Source: an uncultured Acidobacteriota bacterium (GTDB taxonomy: Bacteria; Acidobacteriota; Vicinamibacteria; Vicinamibacterales; UBA2999). From it: a stretch of 64,000 bases of DNA. The position numbers and the translations under genes are program-made. Under the pieces are notes generated by a model. The model had not been told where the DNA came from and searched no databases. It saw nothing but the letters and a program-made list of their open reading frames with translations. Shown piece after piece: positions 10,172 through 20,100 of the stretch (its first letter is position 1; each line of letters opens with the position of its first letter). The stretch lies in the NCBI GenBank assembly GCA_963827515.1, contig CAWHBF010000023.1:511281-575280 (forward strand), read 5' to 3'.

Positions 10172-10287
10172 GACTACACAGGGCCCCAGAGACACTGAGT
10201 CACAGAGAGAACCACAATGCTCTGTGTCTCGCGACTCTGTGGCCTGTTGAAACGATCCTGACCCTTGATCCATACGTTCCTGTCTAG
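10172..10287. repeat. CACAGAG-family hairpin element, long variant with a conserved tail
   Basis: The hairpin is gggccccagagacactgagtcacagagaga-accacaatg-ctctgtgtctcgcgactctgtggcc at 10181-10244, followed by the tail gttgaaacgatcctgacccttgatccatacgttcctgtctaga. The whole unit aligns by eye at roughly four-fifths identity with 37381-37498. Confidence 0.85.
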
Positions 10288-11699
10288 AGATGGATCGCCG
10301 CGCCGTGAACGGCATGCGCGGCTTCGCCCACCGCCTCGGAAAAGGTCGGGTGCGCGTGTACCGTCCTGATGAGTTCCTCCACGGTGCATTCGAGGCGCAG
10401 TGCCAGCACTGCCTGCGCGACGAGCTCCGTGGATCGTGGACCGATCATGTGGACACCAAGGATTTCATCGTATCGCGTGTCGGCCACGATCTTCACGAAA
10501 CCATCGGACTCGCCCGCCATCCGTGCGCGCCCGAGCACCCCGAACGGGAACGAACCAACGCGTACATCGTAGCCACCTGCCTTCGCCTCCTCCTCGGTCA
10601 GGCCGACGCTGCCAATCTCGGGATCGCAGTACGTGCAGCTGGGTACGTGGCCGTAGTTGAGCGGCTGCACCTCCTTGCCGGCAATCCGCTCGGCCACGAG
10701 AATCCCTTCGGCCGATGAAACGTGGGCAAGCTGCGGGTGCACCAGGCCGTCGATCGTAATGACGTCGCCGACCGCCGACACGTTCGGCACCGACGTGCGG
10801 TACATCGAATCGACCTTGATGAAGCCTTTCTCCAGCGCGACGCCGAGCGCCTCGACCTCCAGTCCGCTCGTGACAGGACCCCGTCCGATCGCGACGAGAA
10901 GGCATTCCGCCGTGATCGTTTCGGTCTTGCCCTCGGCTGTCTGCGCCTCTACCTCCACGCCGGCTGGGGTCGCCGTCGCCTTCGTGACCTTGGTCCCTGT
11001 CAGCGACCGGATGCCCTGACGTCTGAACGACTTCTCGAGCTCAGCGGAGATCGCTGCATCCTCGGCGGGTACGAGGCGGGGCAGCAGTTCGATCAGCGTG
11101 ACGTCACTGCCAAATCGGCGAAAGATCGATGCGAACTCCACACCGACGGCTCCGCTGCCGAGGACGACGAGTGATTCGGGTACCTGTGGCAGGTGGATAG
11201 CGTCGTCGCTCGTGATGATGCGGCGGTGGTCGATCTCGATGCCCGGCACGCTGCGCGGCGAAGAGCCGGTCGCGATGATGATGTCTTTCGCTTCGAGCAT
11301 CTGCCTGTCGCCCTCGAACACGTCGACCCGTCCGTTTCCACCAAGGCGGGCGGTACCTTTGATCCAATCGATCTTGTTCTTCTTGAAGAGGAACTCAACG
11401 CCTCGTGTCAGGCCACTGACGACCTTGTCCTTGCGCGCGTGCACCTGGCGCATGTCGATGGCCGGAGCGCCGTAAGGTATGGCGATGCCCCACTCATCCG
11501 AGTCCTTGACGACCTTGAACGCGTGCGCGTGCTCGAGCAGGGCCTTCGTGGGAATGCACCCCCAGATGAGGCAGGTGCCGCCGAGCGACTTCTGCTTCTC
11601 GACGACGGCGACCCTCTTGCCGAGTTGTGCCGCTCGGATAGCGGCCACGTATCCGCCCGTACCCGCGCCGATGACGAGGACATCGTATGGACTTGGCAC
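10284..11699 (-). CDS. lpdA: Dihydrolipoyl dehydrogenase (E3)
   Basis: 471 aa with YDVLVIGAGTGGYVAAIRAAQLG, the redox centre GGTCLIWGCIPTKALL, and a C-terminal HAHPTFSE motif. Confidence 0.95.
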   Translation of the reverse strand: MPSPYDVLVIGAGTGGYVAAIRAAQLGKRVAVVEKQKSLGGTCLIWGCIPTKALLEHAHAFKVVKDSDEWGIAIPYGAPAIDMRQVHARKDKVVSGLTRGVEFLFKKNKIDWIKGTARLGGNGRVDVFEGDRQMLEAKDIIIATGSSPRSVPGIEIDHRRIITSDDAIHLPQVPESLVVLGSGAVGVEFASIFRRFGSDVTLIELLPRLVPAEDAAISAELEKSFRRQGIRSLTGTKVTKATATPAGVEVEAQTAEGKTETITAECLLVAIGRGPVTSGLEVEALGVALEKGFIKVDSMYRTSVPNVSAVGDVITIDGLVHPQLAHVSSAEGILVAERIAGKEVQPLNYGHVPSCTYCDPEIGSVGLTEEEAKAGGYDVRVGSFPFGVLGRARMAGESDGFVKIVADTRYDEILGVHMIGPRSTELVAQAVLALRLECTVEELIRTVHAHPTFSEAVGEAAHAVHGAAIHL

Positions 11700-11721
11700 G
11701 AAGACTCCTGCGGAACCGCCG

Positions 11722-11973
11722 TCAGCGCTTGAGTGAGCTGAGGGGCACGAACGATTCGCCGATCGGCCCGGCGGCCGGAGTCTCCGGCGACGGAGGCGGT
11801 CCTTCTCCGGTCAGGCGCTGCAGACGCATCCGAAGCTCGCCGTGTTGGTATCGGAGCTCCCAGTGCATTTCGGACAGCTGCGCAAGCCGCTTCGCGGTCC
11901 GTCGCGCCTGGCGCCAAGCCACGAGCGCGACTATCAGGGAGGCGCCCACGGTAGACCAGAGAAGAATCATCAC
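11722..11973 (-). CDS. Small hypothetical membrane protein
   Basis: 83 aa. It has one N-terminal hydrophobic helix (MMILLWSTVGASLIVALVAW) followed by a charged helix. It lies immediately upstream of lpdA on the same strand. No family was recognised. Confidence 0.4.
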   Translation of the reverse strand: MMILLWSTVGASLIVALVAWRQARRTAKRLAQLSEMHWELRYQHGELRMRLQRLTGEGPPPSPETPAAGPIGESFVPLSSLKR

Positions 11974-12014
11974 GCGCTAATCAGACCTGCTCAATTTACC
12001 TTATCCAACGAAAT

Positions 12015-12042
12015 TTGGCAGTGTCAAGGAGCGCGCTATACT
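12015..12042 (+). promoter_or_regulatory. Sigma70-like promoter for the NtrC-family regulator gene, with a very short leader
   Basis: TTGGCA (12015-12020), a 16-nt spacer, then TATACT (12037-12042). The ATG is at 12053, only 10 nt after the -10 box. Confidence 0.45.
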
Positions 12043-12052
12043 CGCAGCGCGC

Positions 12053-13441
12053 ATGTCCGACCGTACGAAAACCGTGCTGATCGTCGATCACGACGAGGGC
12101 ATGCGTGACCACCTGGGCGCCATCCTCAAACGCGACTACCGCGTGCTCAGAGTCGCCACCGGCGAAGCCGCGCTGCAGGTCATGGAGAAGGAGGACGTCG
12201 AGCTGATACTCCTCGACGTGCGCCTGCCCGGCATCGGCGGATTCGAAGTGCTGAAGATCGCTCGAGAGAACTACCCCTCGGTCGAGGTGATCATCACGTC
12301 CGCCGTGAGAGACCTCGACGCCGCCATCGAAGCCATGCGCTATGGCGCCTATCACTACATCTCCAAGGACTTCGACCACGAGGCAATCCGCTCGGTCGTG
12401 GCCAAGGCCAGCGAGCGTCAGGATCTCAACCGTGACGTGGTTCGGCTTCGTGCGGAAGTGTCCGAACGGGTCGACCGTGAGTTCGTCGTCGGACCGAGCC
12501 GGCGGACACGAGACATCGTCGAGCTGGTGCAGCGGGTGGCGAAGCTGTCGGCTACGGTGTTGATCCTGGGAGAGAGCGGCACCGGAAAAGAACTCCTGGC
12601 GAGGCTCGTCCACCGGGGCGCAGGCATGACGGACGCGCCGTTCGTGGCCGTGAACCTTGCGGCGATTCCGCGCGAGCTGGTCGAAAGCACGCTGTTCGGC
12701 CACGAGAAGGGGTCGTTCACGGGGGCTATCCGCCAGCAGCTCGGGAAGTTCGAGCTCGCCGCGGGCGGAACGCTCTTTCTGGACGAGGTGGGCGACCTGC
12801 GCTACGAGCTGCAGGCCAAGCTGCTGCGCGCGCTCCAGGAGGGGGAGATCGAGCGGGTCGGGGGCACACATCCGATCAAGACCAACTTCCGTCTCATCGC
12901 CGCCACCAACGTCGACCTCGAAAAGGCGATCAAGGCCGGAACGTTCCGCGAGGATTTGTACTACCGCCTGAACGTGATCCCAATGAGGATGCCGGCGCTG
13001 CGAGACCGGATCGAGGACCTGCCCGATCTCGCCCGATTCTTCCTGCGCCGTTACAACCTGAAGTTCAGAAAAAACATCCAGGGCATCGCCGACTCGACGC
13101 TTTCCATCCTCGGCGCCTACTGGTGGCCGGGAAACATCCGGGAGCTCGAGAACCTGATCGAGCGGCTGGTCGCGGTCTCGGACAAGGACTGGATCACCGA
13201 CGAAGACCTGCCGTACGAACTTCACATGGCTCAGCTGAGCGCGTCGGAGTCGAAGTCGGAGAAACTTCTCGAACACGCTGTCTCGACGTTCGAACGCAAC
13301 TTCATCATCAGAGCGCTCGAAAAGAAGGACTGGAACGTGACAGCGACCGCCAAGACCCTCGGCGTCCCACTGAGCACCTTGAAGTTCAAGATAGACCGGC
13401 TCGAAATCCGCGACCTCGCCCGCAAGATCCGCGGGAACTGA
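12053..13441 (+). CDS. Sigma-54-dependent response regulator (NtrC family)
   Basis: 462 aa. It has a receiver domain (VLIVDHDEGMRD...LLDVRLPG), an AAA+ domain (GESGTGKELLA, GAFTGA-like GSFTGA, ELQAKLLRALQEGEIERVGG) and a C-terminal Fis-type HTH (NVTATAKTLGVPLSTLKFKI). Confidence 0.9.
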   Translation: MSDRTKTVLIVDHDEGMRDHLGAILKRDYRVLRVATGEAALQVMEKEDVELILLDVRLPGIGGFEVLKIARENYPSVEVIITSAVRDLDAAIEAMRYGAYHYISKDFDHEAIRSVVAKASERQDLNRDVVRLRAEVSERVDREFVVGPSRRTRDIVELVQRVAKLSATVLILGESGTGKELLARLVHRGAGMTDAPFVAVNLAAIPRELVESTLFGHEKGSFTGAIRQQLGKFELAAGGTLFLDEVGDLRYELQAKLLRALQEGEIERVGGTHPIKTNFRLIAATNVDLEKAIKAGTFREDLYYRLNVIPMRMPALRDRIEDLPDLARFFLRRYNLKFRKNIQGIADSTLSILGAYWWPGNIRELENLIERLVAVSDKDWITDEDLPYELHMAQLSASESKSEKLLEHAVSTFERNFIIRALEKKDWNVTATAKTLGVPLSTLKFKIDRLEIRDLARKIRGN

Positions 13442-13452
13442 TACGAGACACT

Positions 13453-13488
13453 GGGTTCGGTGAGAACCCGGCGCGTCGTGGCGCCGGG
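13453..13488. terminator. Two adjacent GC-rich hairpins between convergent genes (candidate bidirectional terminator)
   Basis: gggttc-ggtga-gaaccc (13453-13469) and cccggcgc-gtcgtg-gcgccggg (13467-13488). There is no clear U-tract. Confidence 0.35.
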
Positions 13489-13519
13489 TCCTGGGGGATG
13501 CGCTGTCGGCCCGTGCCGA

Positions 13520-13819
13520 CTACTTCTTTGGAAGAACTGCGTCTTTCAGCTGCTTGGCGATGCGCGCCTTCACAACCGTCTTGGCCGGAATCTTGATCGC
13601 CTCGCCCGTGGCCGGGTTGCGACCCATCCGTGCCTTGCGCTTCTGCACGACGAGCTTCACCATCCCGGGCAGTACGAACTCTCCGGAGCGCTTGAGCTCC
13701 TTCTCCGATAACACGGTCAGCTCATCGAAGAAGTCTCGCGCCTGCGTCCGCTTCACTTCGAAGCGATCCGCGAAATGCGAAAACAATTCCGACTTGCCCA
13801 TTCTGCGGGCCTCAGCCAT
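13520..13819 (-). CDS. HU/IHF-family DNA-binding protein
   Basis: [14 protein letters not shown]...[47 protein letters not shown] carries the HU arm motif RNPxTGE. The start may be ATG 13801 (MGKSEL) rather than 13819. Confidence 0.85.
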   Translation of the reverse strand: MAEARRMGKSELFSHFADRFEVKRTQARDFFDELTVLSEKELKRSGEFVLPGMVKLVVQKRKARMGRNPATGEAIKIPAKTVVKARIAKQLKDAVLPKK

Positions 13820-13979
13820 ACGTCCCCCTTACGAATACGCGCCAACTCTCGGCCGCGTCGCAGTGGCTGGCGCACAAAGACTGCGACGAAAACTCTCAGG
13901 AAATTCGCGTAATGCTATCTCGCGTCCTGTTGAGTGTCAACGAAACCACCGACGAAACACAAGCGATTTCAAGCCAAAG

Positions 13980-13988
13980 TGCTAGAAT
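13980..13988 (+). promoter_or_regulatory. Extended -10-like element upstream of queF
   Basis: TGcTAGAAT at 13980-13988, 9 nt before the queF ATG (13998). No convincing -35 box was found. Confidence 0.3.
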
Positions 13989-13997
13989 TTTCGATTC

Positions 13998-14349
13998 ATG
14001 TCAAGCGCGACGACGATCGAGACATTCCCGAATCCACGCCCCGAACGAGAGTTCGAGGTGGCGATCTCCTGTCCTGAGTTCACATCGGTGTGTCCCGAAG
14101 ACCGGACTCCCGGACTTCGGCGAGATCCGGATCACATACGTTCCCGCCGAGCGCTGCATCGAGCTCAAGGCCCTCAAGTACTACCTGATCGAGTTCAGGA
14201 ACCGAGGCATCTTCTACGAATCGGTGACCAACCAGATCCTCGACGACCTCGTCGCCGTCTGCCGGCCGCGTCGGATGACGGTCGTCGGCGACTTCTCCGT
14301 CCGCGGGGGAATCAAGACGGTGGTCACGGCGAGTTACACGGCCTCGTGA
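13998..14349 (+). pseudogene. queF: NADPH-dependent 7-cyano-7-deazaguanine (preQ0) reductase QueF, with an apparent 1-nt insertion
   Basis: The first frame gives [33 protein letters not shown]. The second frame continues [51 protein letters not shown].... The junction is tgtCCCgaag at 14091-14100. Removing one C restores the canonical ...CPKTGLPDF... motif directly after the catalytic Cys. Confidence 0.85.
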
Positions 14350-14606
14350 CCCACCGGATCCCGATCGAAGGCGCGCTCGATCTCCACGCCTTCGCGCCGC
14401 GCGACATCAAGTCTGTCGTCGAAGAGTACGTGAATGCGGCACACGACGCAGGCCTCGGTGAGGTCCGCCTCATTCATGGCCGCGGCAAGGGGATCCAGCG
14501 CGGGATCGTCCAACAGGCGCTCGAGAATCACCCGTTGGTCGAGGCCTTCTGGGACGCGGCGGAGTCCCACCTCGGCGCGACGGTCGCCAGACTTCGCAAA
14601 AACTGA
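14346..14606 (+). CDS. Stand-alone Smr (small MutS-related) nuclease-domain protein
   Basis: The GTG start at 14346 overlaps the queF stop (GTGA). 86 aa: [19 protein letters not shown]...[29 protein letters not shown]. This is typical of the Smr domain (LDLHG-like and HGxG motifs). Confidence 0.8.
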   Translation: MTHRIPIEGALDLHAFAPRDIKSVVEEYVNAAHDAGLGEVRLIHGRGKGIQRGIVQQALENHPLVEAFWDAAESHLGATVARLRKN

Positions 14607-14666
14607 CGAGCCCGCCGAATCCAATCTCGGCAAGTTTCGCGGACTTCAAGGGGCAGCGTTCGGGAA

Positions 14667-17144
14667 TTGACGTTGTCGCCGGGCCGGAACGCGCCGTGCA
14701 GACGCGTCGGCGTGGCCACGAGCCCCGCGCCCCTCCAGGCCGGCGAGGTCGTTCGCATTCGCGACGAACGCTGGCGAATAGTTCGCCGGGTTACCTACGA
14801 CCGCACAACCGCCATCGAAGCCGCCGGCTGCGACGCGGGCAACCGCAGCGGCCACGCCACCTTCCTCCTGCCCTTCGAAACGATCGAACGCGTCCAGGCG
14901 CACTCGGTGCCTCGCGTCGTCGGTCGTCGCCGATGGCGACGAGCGGCGAGACGCACGCTGGCGACGGCATCCCCATCATTGACATCCCTTCGAGCGGCAA
15001 CGCCTGCGCGCCTGCGCATCATCTCGTTTCAGCTCGAGCCGGTGCTGGCGCTCGTGCGCGGCGAAGGTTGCCGATTCCTGATCGCGGACGCCGTCGGTCT
15101 GGGCAAGACCGTGCAGGCCGGTCTGATGATTGCCGAGACGCTCGCCCGGAGGCCTGACGGGCGAACGCTGGTGGTCACCCCTGCCGCCTTGCGGGAACAA
15201 TGGCGCGAGGAGATCGAGAGCCGCTTCGGTCTTGGTGCGGACATCCTCGATGCCGCGGGCATCGCCCGTCTGACGTCGCAGCTGCCCGCCGGAGTCAATC
15301 CGTGGTCGGTGCGACCGGTCGTCATCACCTCGATCGACTACATCAAGCGACCAGAGGTCATGCGCTCGATCGAAACGCTCGTCTGGGACCTCGTCGTCTT
15401 CGACGAGGCACACAATCTGGCGGGACGTTCCGACCGCTCCGCAGCGGCCGGCGTGATCGGCAATCGTGCCCGCGCCCTCGTCTTGCTCACAGCCACGCCT
15501 CACTCCGGTGACGACCAGGCCTTCGACCGCCTCTGTCATCTCGGACATCTCGGACGCGCGGGCCGTCTCCTTGTGTTCAGGCGCACGAGAATCGATGTCG
15601 GTCTCCCTCACACCAGACGAGACACGTTGCTGCGTGTCCGTCCGACGATGGCCGAGGTCGAGATGCACCGCGCGCTCATGGCGTACGCGAAACTGGTGTG
15701 GAACCGATCGCGCGATGCTACCGGCGCAGGCGCCCAACTCGCGATGTCGGTGCTGGCACGACGCGCCTGCAGCAGCGCCGCCTCGCTTGTGCGCTCGGTC
15801 GAACGGAGGTTGGGGCTATTGGGACAGCCCAGCTCAATACCGGACATTCAACCGGATCTCCCGTTCGTTGACGAGGTCATCGACGACGAAGAGCCTGCCG
15901 TGTCGCTTCGAAGCCCAGGACTCCCCGACGCACGCGAGGAGCGGAGTCATCTCCTGCGGCTGCTCGACCTCGCCCGCGACGCGGCGACGGTGGAAAGCAA
16001 ACTCGCCGCCCTGCGACGCTTGATCTCCAGAGTGAACGAACCGGTCATCGTGTTCACGGAGTATCGCGACACGCTTCGGGAGATATCGGCGACGCTCTCC
16101 GGCACCGAGACGGTCCAGCTGCACGGCGGCCTGACGGCGCGGGAACGTAACGATGCCCTTCGTCGCTTCACCGACGGCACTGTGCGAGTACTCCTGGCCA
16201 CGGATGCCGCGAGCGAAGGGTTGAACCTGCACCAGCGCTGCCGACTCGTGATCAATCTCGAACTGCCCTGGACCCCCTTGCGCTTGGAGCAGCGGGCCGG
16301 TCGGGTCGATCGGATAGGCCAGTCCGACACGGTGCACGTGGTCAGGTTCGTAGCCCAGGGGACATGCGAGGAAACGACGGTCGTCCGACTCGCACGCCGA
16401 ATCGCCAGGATCCAGGGCGCGATGCAACTGACCAGCTCGATCCCGAACGAGCGTCGTGTCGCCGAGTCGATCCTGGGAGACGCACCGATCCCGGACGTCG
16501 AACCCGCGGCCGGCATCGGATCCGGCGGAGCCTCAACGATCGATCTCCGACACGAGGCCGAGCAAGAGGCAGGGCGTATCGCCAGCGCTCGCGCGTTGCT
16601 CGACGCAGATTCGCCATCGCCGACAGACAGCCAGGGGGTCATCGCCAACCTCTGCCGGCGTCGCGCTCGTCCTGCGCCCCGTTGCGTCTGGGTATTCAGC
16701 ATGACGATCTCGAGCAGTTCCGGAGAGGTGGTCTGCGAACCGCTGGTGGCGCTCACGGCCGAACTCCGTCACGCGGTAGGGCGGCGACAGCGCGACATCC
16801 GCCGCTGTCTCATGTCAGATTCTCCGTCGATCGTGGAGGTGCTTTCCGTCGCGCAGCATCGGACGCTCCTCGAACTCCGGGCCAGGCTTCGTCGCCCTGC
16901 AGCCTTGTGGACCTGCCGCGAGCAAGACCTCATGGCCGAACTGCACGACTGCCGCGCGCGTCTGTCGGCCGGCCTGATGCAACGTTCGCTCTTCGACAAC
17001 CGAAAGCAACGCCTGACAGAGTCACAGTCGGCGCTGCTGGATGAGGCCCTGTCACAGTCCGGACGCCGTCTTCGCGATCTCGAGGCTCTCCGTGCGGTGG
17101 AGATTGAGTCGTGCCGACTGACGCTTGCCGCGGTGATCGAGTGA
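14667..17144 (+). CDS. SNF2/RapA-like SF2 helicase-family ATPase with unassigned N- and C-terminal regions
   Basis: 825 aa with a TTG start. Motif I is ADAVGLGKT (15084-15110). Motif II is DEAH (15402-15413). Motif III is LLTATPHSG. Motif V is LLATDAASEGLNLH. Motif VI is QRAGRVDRIGQ (16290-16322). About 220 C-terminal residues have no recognised motif. Confidence 0.85.
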   Translation: MTLSPGRNAPCRRVGVATSPAPLQAGEVVRIRDERWRIVRRVTYDRTTAIEAAGCDAGNRSGHATFLLPFETIERVQAHSVPRVVGRRRWRRAARRTLATASPSLTSLRAATPARLRIISFQLEPVLALVRGEGCRFLIADAVGLGKTVQAGLMIAETLARRPDGRTLVVTPAALREQWREEIESRFGLGADILDAAGIARLTSQLPAGVNPWSVRPVVITSIDYIKRPEVMRSIETLVWDLVVFDEAHNLAGRSDRSAAAGVIGNRARALVLLTATPHSGDDQAFDRLCHLGHLGRAGRLLVFRRTRIDVGLPHTRRDTLLRVRPTMAEVEMHRALMAYAKLVWNRSRDATGAGAQLAMSVLARRACSSAASLVRSVERRLGLLGQPSSIPDIQPDLPFVDEVIDDEEPAVSLRSPGLPDAREERSHLLRLLDLARDAATVESKLAALRRLISRVNEPVIVFTEYRDTLREISATLSGTETVQLHGGLTARERNDALRRFTDGTVRVLLATDAASEGLNLHQRCRLVINLELPWTPLRLEQRAGRVDRIGQSDTVHVVRFVAQGTCEETTVVRLARRIARIQGAMQLTSSIPNERRVAESILGDAPIPDVEPAAGIGSGGASTIDLRHEAEQEAGRIASARALLDADSPSPTDSQGVIANLCRRRARPAPRCVWVFSMTISSSSGEVVCEPLVALTAELRHAVGRRQRDIRRCLMSDSPSIVEVLSVAQHRTLLELRARLRRPAALWTCREQDLMAELHDCRARLSAGLMQRSLFDNRKQRLTESQSALLDEALSQSGRRLRDLEALRAVEIESCRLTLAAVIE

Positions 17145-17145
17145 C

Positions 17146-20100
17146 ATGATCGCCGGGATGCGCGGGCGTCTCATCAGCGCCACCTATGCCAGAGCTGCCT
17201 GGCACACATTGCCCGGAGCAATCTCGCCGTCGCCGATGACGATTCGCGCCCTCGACACTTGGTCAGATCGTCGAGAGCGTGCGCTCGGCCCGGCGTCCAG
17301 CGTACGTGCCATCGTGGACGTCGCGGTCCTTCCGCTCCTGAAGCTTCTCGGATTCGACGTATCAAGACGCCTCGACGAGCCGGGCCGGACGACGCTTACC
17401 GCACAGGGCTCGTCTGGGGCCGCCGTGCCGGTATTGATCGTGCCCTGGGACGAACCGCTCGACCGTGCGTGGCGCAGCCTCGTGCTCGACGGCGTCCGAT
17501 CCGACGCGCGCTGGTGCTTCTGCTGCAACGGCGCCGCGTGGCGGATCGTCGATGCGCACCACACATGGTCGCGTCGATACCTCGAGTTCGATCTCGCCCT
17601 CGTCGCATCGGAAGCCCTTGCGCGCACGATCTTCTGGAGCGTGGCGCATGCCGAGGCGATGGGGGCGCGTCCTCCTTTCCTGGATCTTGCAGGAGCGCTT
17701 TCAGACCATCACGGAGTGGCCGTCTGCAGGTCGCTCGGCAACGGAGTGCTCGAGGCACTTGGCCGGTTGTTCACGGCACTGGCGGCATCGCGACCTCAAC
17801 GTCCCCCACGCGTGTTGTTCGAGCAATCTCTGACGGTGCTTTACCGGATTCTGTTTCTGCTCTTTGCGGAAGCGCGCGGCCTGGTCCCCATGTGGCACCC
17901 GGTCTATCGCGAGCGTTACAGCATCGAAGCGATCGTCTCGGAGTTGCTGGCAGGACGGAGATATCGCGGTGTGTGGCGGGCCGTTCTGGCGATCTCGCGG
18001 CTGGCCCACTCCGGCTGCTCGGCCGGAGCCCTGAAGGTGACGGCGTTCAACGGACGCCTCTTCGCCCCGGCCTACTCAGCAGCGTTTGATCGAACGCGTA
18101 TCGAGGATGCCGTCATGGCAGACGCGGTGATGGCCGTCGGGACGACGCGGACGCCAACTGTCGGAAGGGCTCGAATCTCCTACGCCGATCTAGACGTGGA
18201 GCAGCTCGGCGCGGTGTACGAGCGCGTCCTGGAGTACGAACCTGCTCCGATGGGTGCGCCGGCGTTGAACCGAACACGCGACGTTCGACGGTCGAGCGGC
18301 ACCTTCTACACGCCACGCGGAGTCACCGCGTTTCTGGTTCGACGCACCCTCGAACCGCTCATCAGCGACAAAAGTGCGGATGAGATTCTGCGCTTGCGCG
18401 TGCTCGACCCCGCGATGGGCAGCGGCGCGTTTCTGGTGGGTGCGTGTCGCTATCTCGCAGCAGCGGTCGAAGAGAGCCTCATCCGTGAGGGCCGTTGGCA
18501 CTCGGGTGACATCTCGGCCGCGGATCGCGCCTCGGTTCGGCGGGAGGTCGCACAACGATGTCTGTTTGGCGTGGACATCAACCCGATGGCGGTTCAGCTC
18601 GCCAGGCTGTCGTTGTGGCTGGCCACGCTCGCATCGGACAAGCCGCTGACCTTCCTCGACCATCACCTCGTGCCGGGCGACAGCCTCGTCGGTGCCACCG
18701 TGGGCGATGTGATGCGACAGCCGCCAGGCACGCGCGGGCGCCAGCGTCGGACCGAAGCGTTACCGCTGTTCGAGGACACCGATCTGGCCCCAACCCTCCG
18801 ACATGCGGTGCGGACACGGATTGAGCTCGCAAACGCCCCCGACGAGTCGGCGGCGATCGTCGCCGCCAAGGAGAAGATATTGGCCACGCTCAACCGGCCG
18901 GCATCGCCGCTCGGCCGCTGGTCGGCGGTGCTCGATCTCTGGTGCGCCAGCTGGTTCTGGGACGATGGCCCCCCGGGCCGGCAACTCTTTCGGGAACTAT
19001 CCGATCGTCTGCTTGGCAAAGCCGCGACGCTCCCCGAACGAGCGAGCGACCGGCTCCTCGAGCACTCGGCCTCGCTCGCGACACACTATCGTTTCCTGCA
19101 CTGGCCGCTCACGTTTCCCGAGGTCTTCTCCGACGAAGAAGGCCACAGTCTTCCGGGAGCCGGTTTCGACGCCATCGTGGGCAATCCGCCCTGGGACATG
19201 GTTCGCGCCGACAGCGGCGGACTCGACGCTCGTGCCGGCCGCAGGCTCGAGGCGCGCCGGCTCGTCGGCTTCGTACGCGACGCGGGTATCTATCGAGTGG
19301 AAAGCCGGGCGCACGTCAACCGTTACCAGCTCTTCGTCGAGCGTGTGTTGCAGCTCACGCGACCGGGCGGCCGTATCGGACTCGTTCTGCCGTCCGGTAT
19401 CCTCTCGGATTCCGGTGCTGCACCGCTGCGACGTCACCTCTTCGATCGGGCGGACATCGACTCGATCGCGGGGCTCGACAATCGCAACGGCATCTTCCCT
19501 ATTCATCGCAGCCTGCGGTTCGTTCTCCTCACGGCCACGGCCGGCCGGCCGACGAGCGGTCCCGCGTGCCGGTTTGGGATTCGGCACGCGGACGACCTGG
19601 AGGCGCAGGCTCCTGCTCGCCCCCCTGTCGTCATTGCAAGACCGCTCCTGGCGCGTGTCTCGGGCGACGATGATCTTGGAATCCCGGAAATCGGTGGCGA
19701 ACGAGATCTCAAGCTGCTGGAGAAGATCAGCGCACGATTCCAGTGGCTCGGGTCTGAGCATGGATGGAACGTTCGATTCGGCCGCGAGCTGAATGCGACC
19801 GACGACAGCGGCGCGTTCGCGCCATTCACTGGAGCCGACGGAGCGCGCCCCGTGCTCGAGGGAAAGCAAATCGAGCCGTTTCGAGTGTCGATCGACACGT
19901 CCCGATACGAGCTGCGTCCCGGAATCACGGTGAAGAGGGTCATGCGCCGCGCTCGCCTGGCTTATCGAGACGTGGCCAGTGCAACGAACAGACTCACGCT
20001 GATCGCGGCTGTGATTCCAGCCCGCGCCGCCACGACGCACACACTCTTCTGTCTGAAATCACACCTGTCGGCAGACGCTCAGCAGGTCCTCTGCTGCTTG

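Noticed and set aside
8260-11699. The lpdA-E2-lipB cluster lacks adjacent E1 genes.
   Set aside because: E1 components are often encoded elsewhere. Nothing in the sequence indicates anything unusual beyond the gene order.
13820-13997. I looked for a preQ1 riboswitch upstream of queF.
   Set aside because: There is no hairpin followed by the A-rich ...AAAAAACUA-type tail of preQ1-I and no recognisable preQ1-II/III features. The predicted promoter leaves almost no leader.
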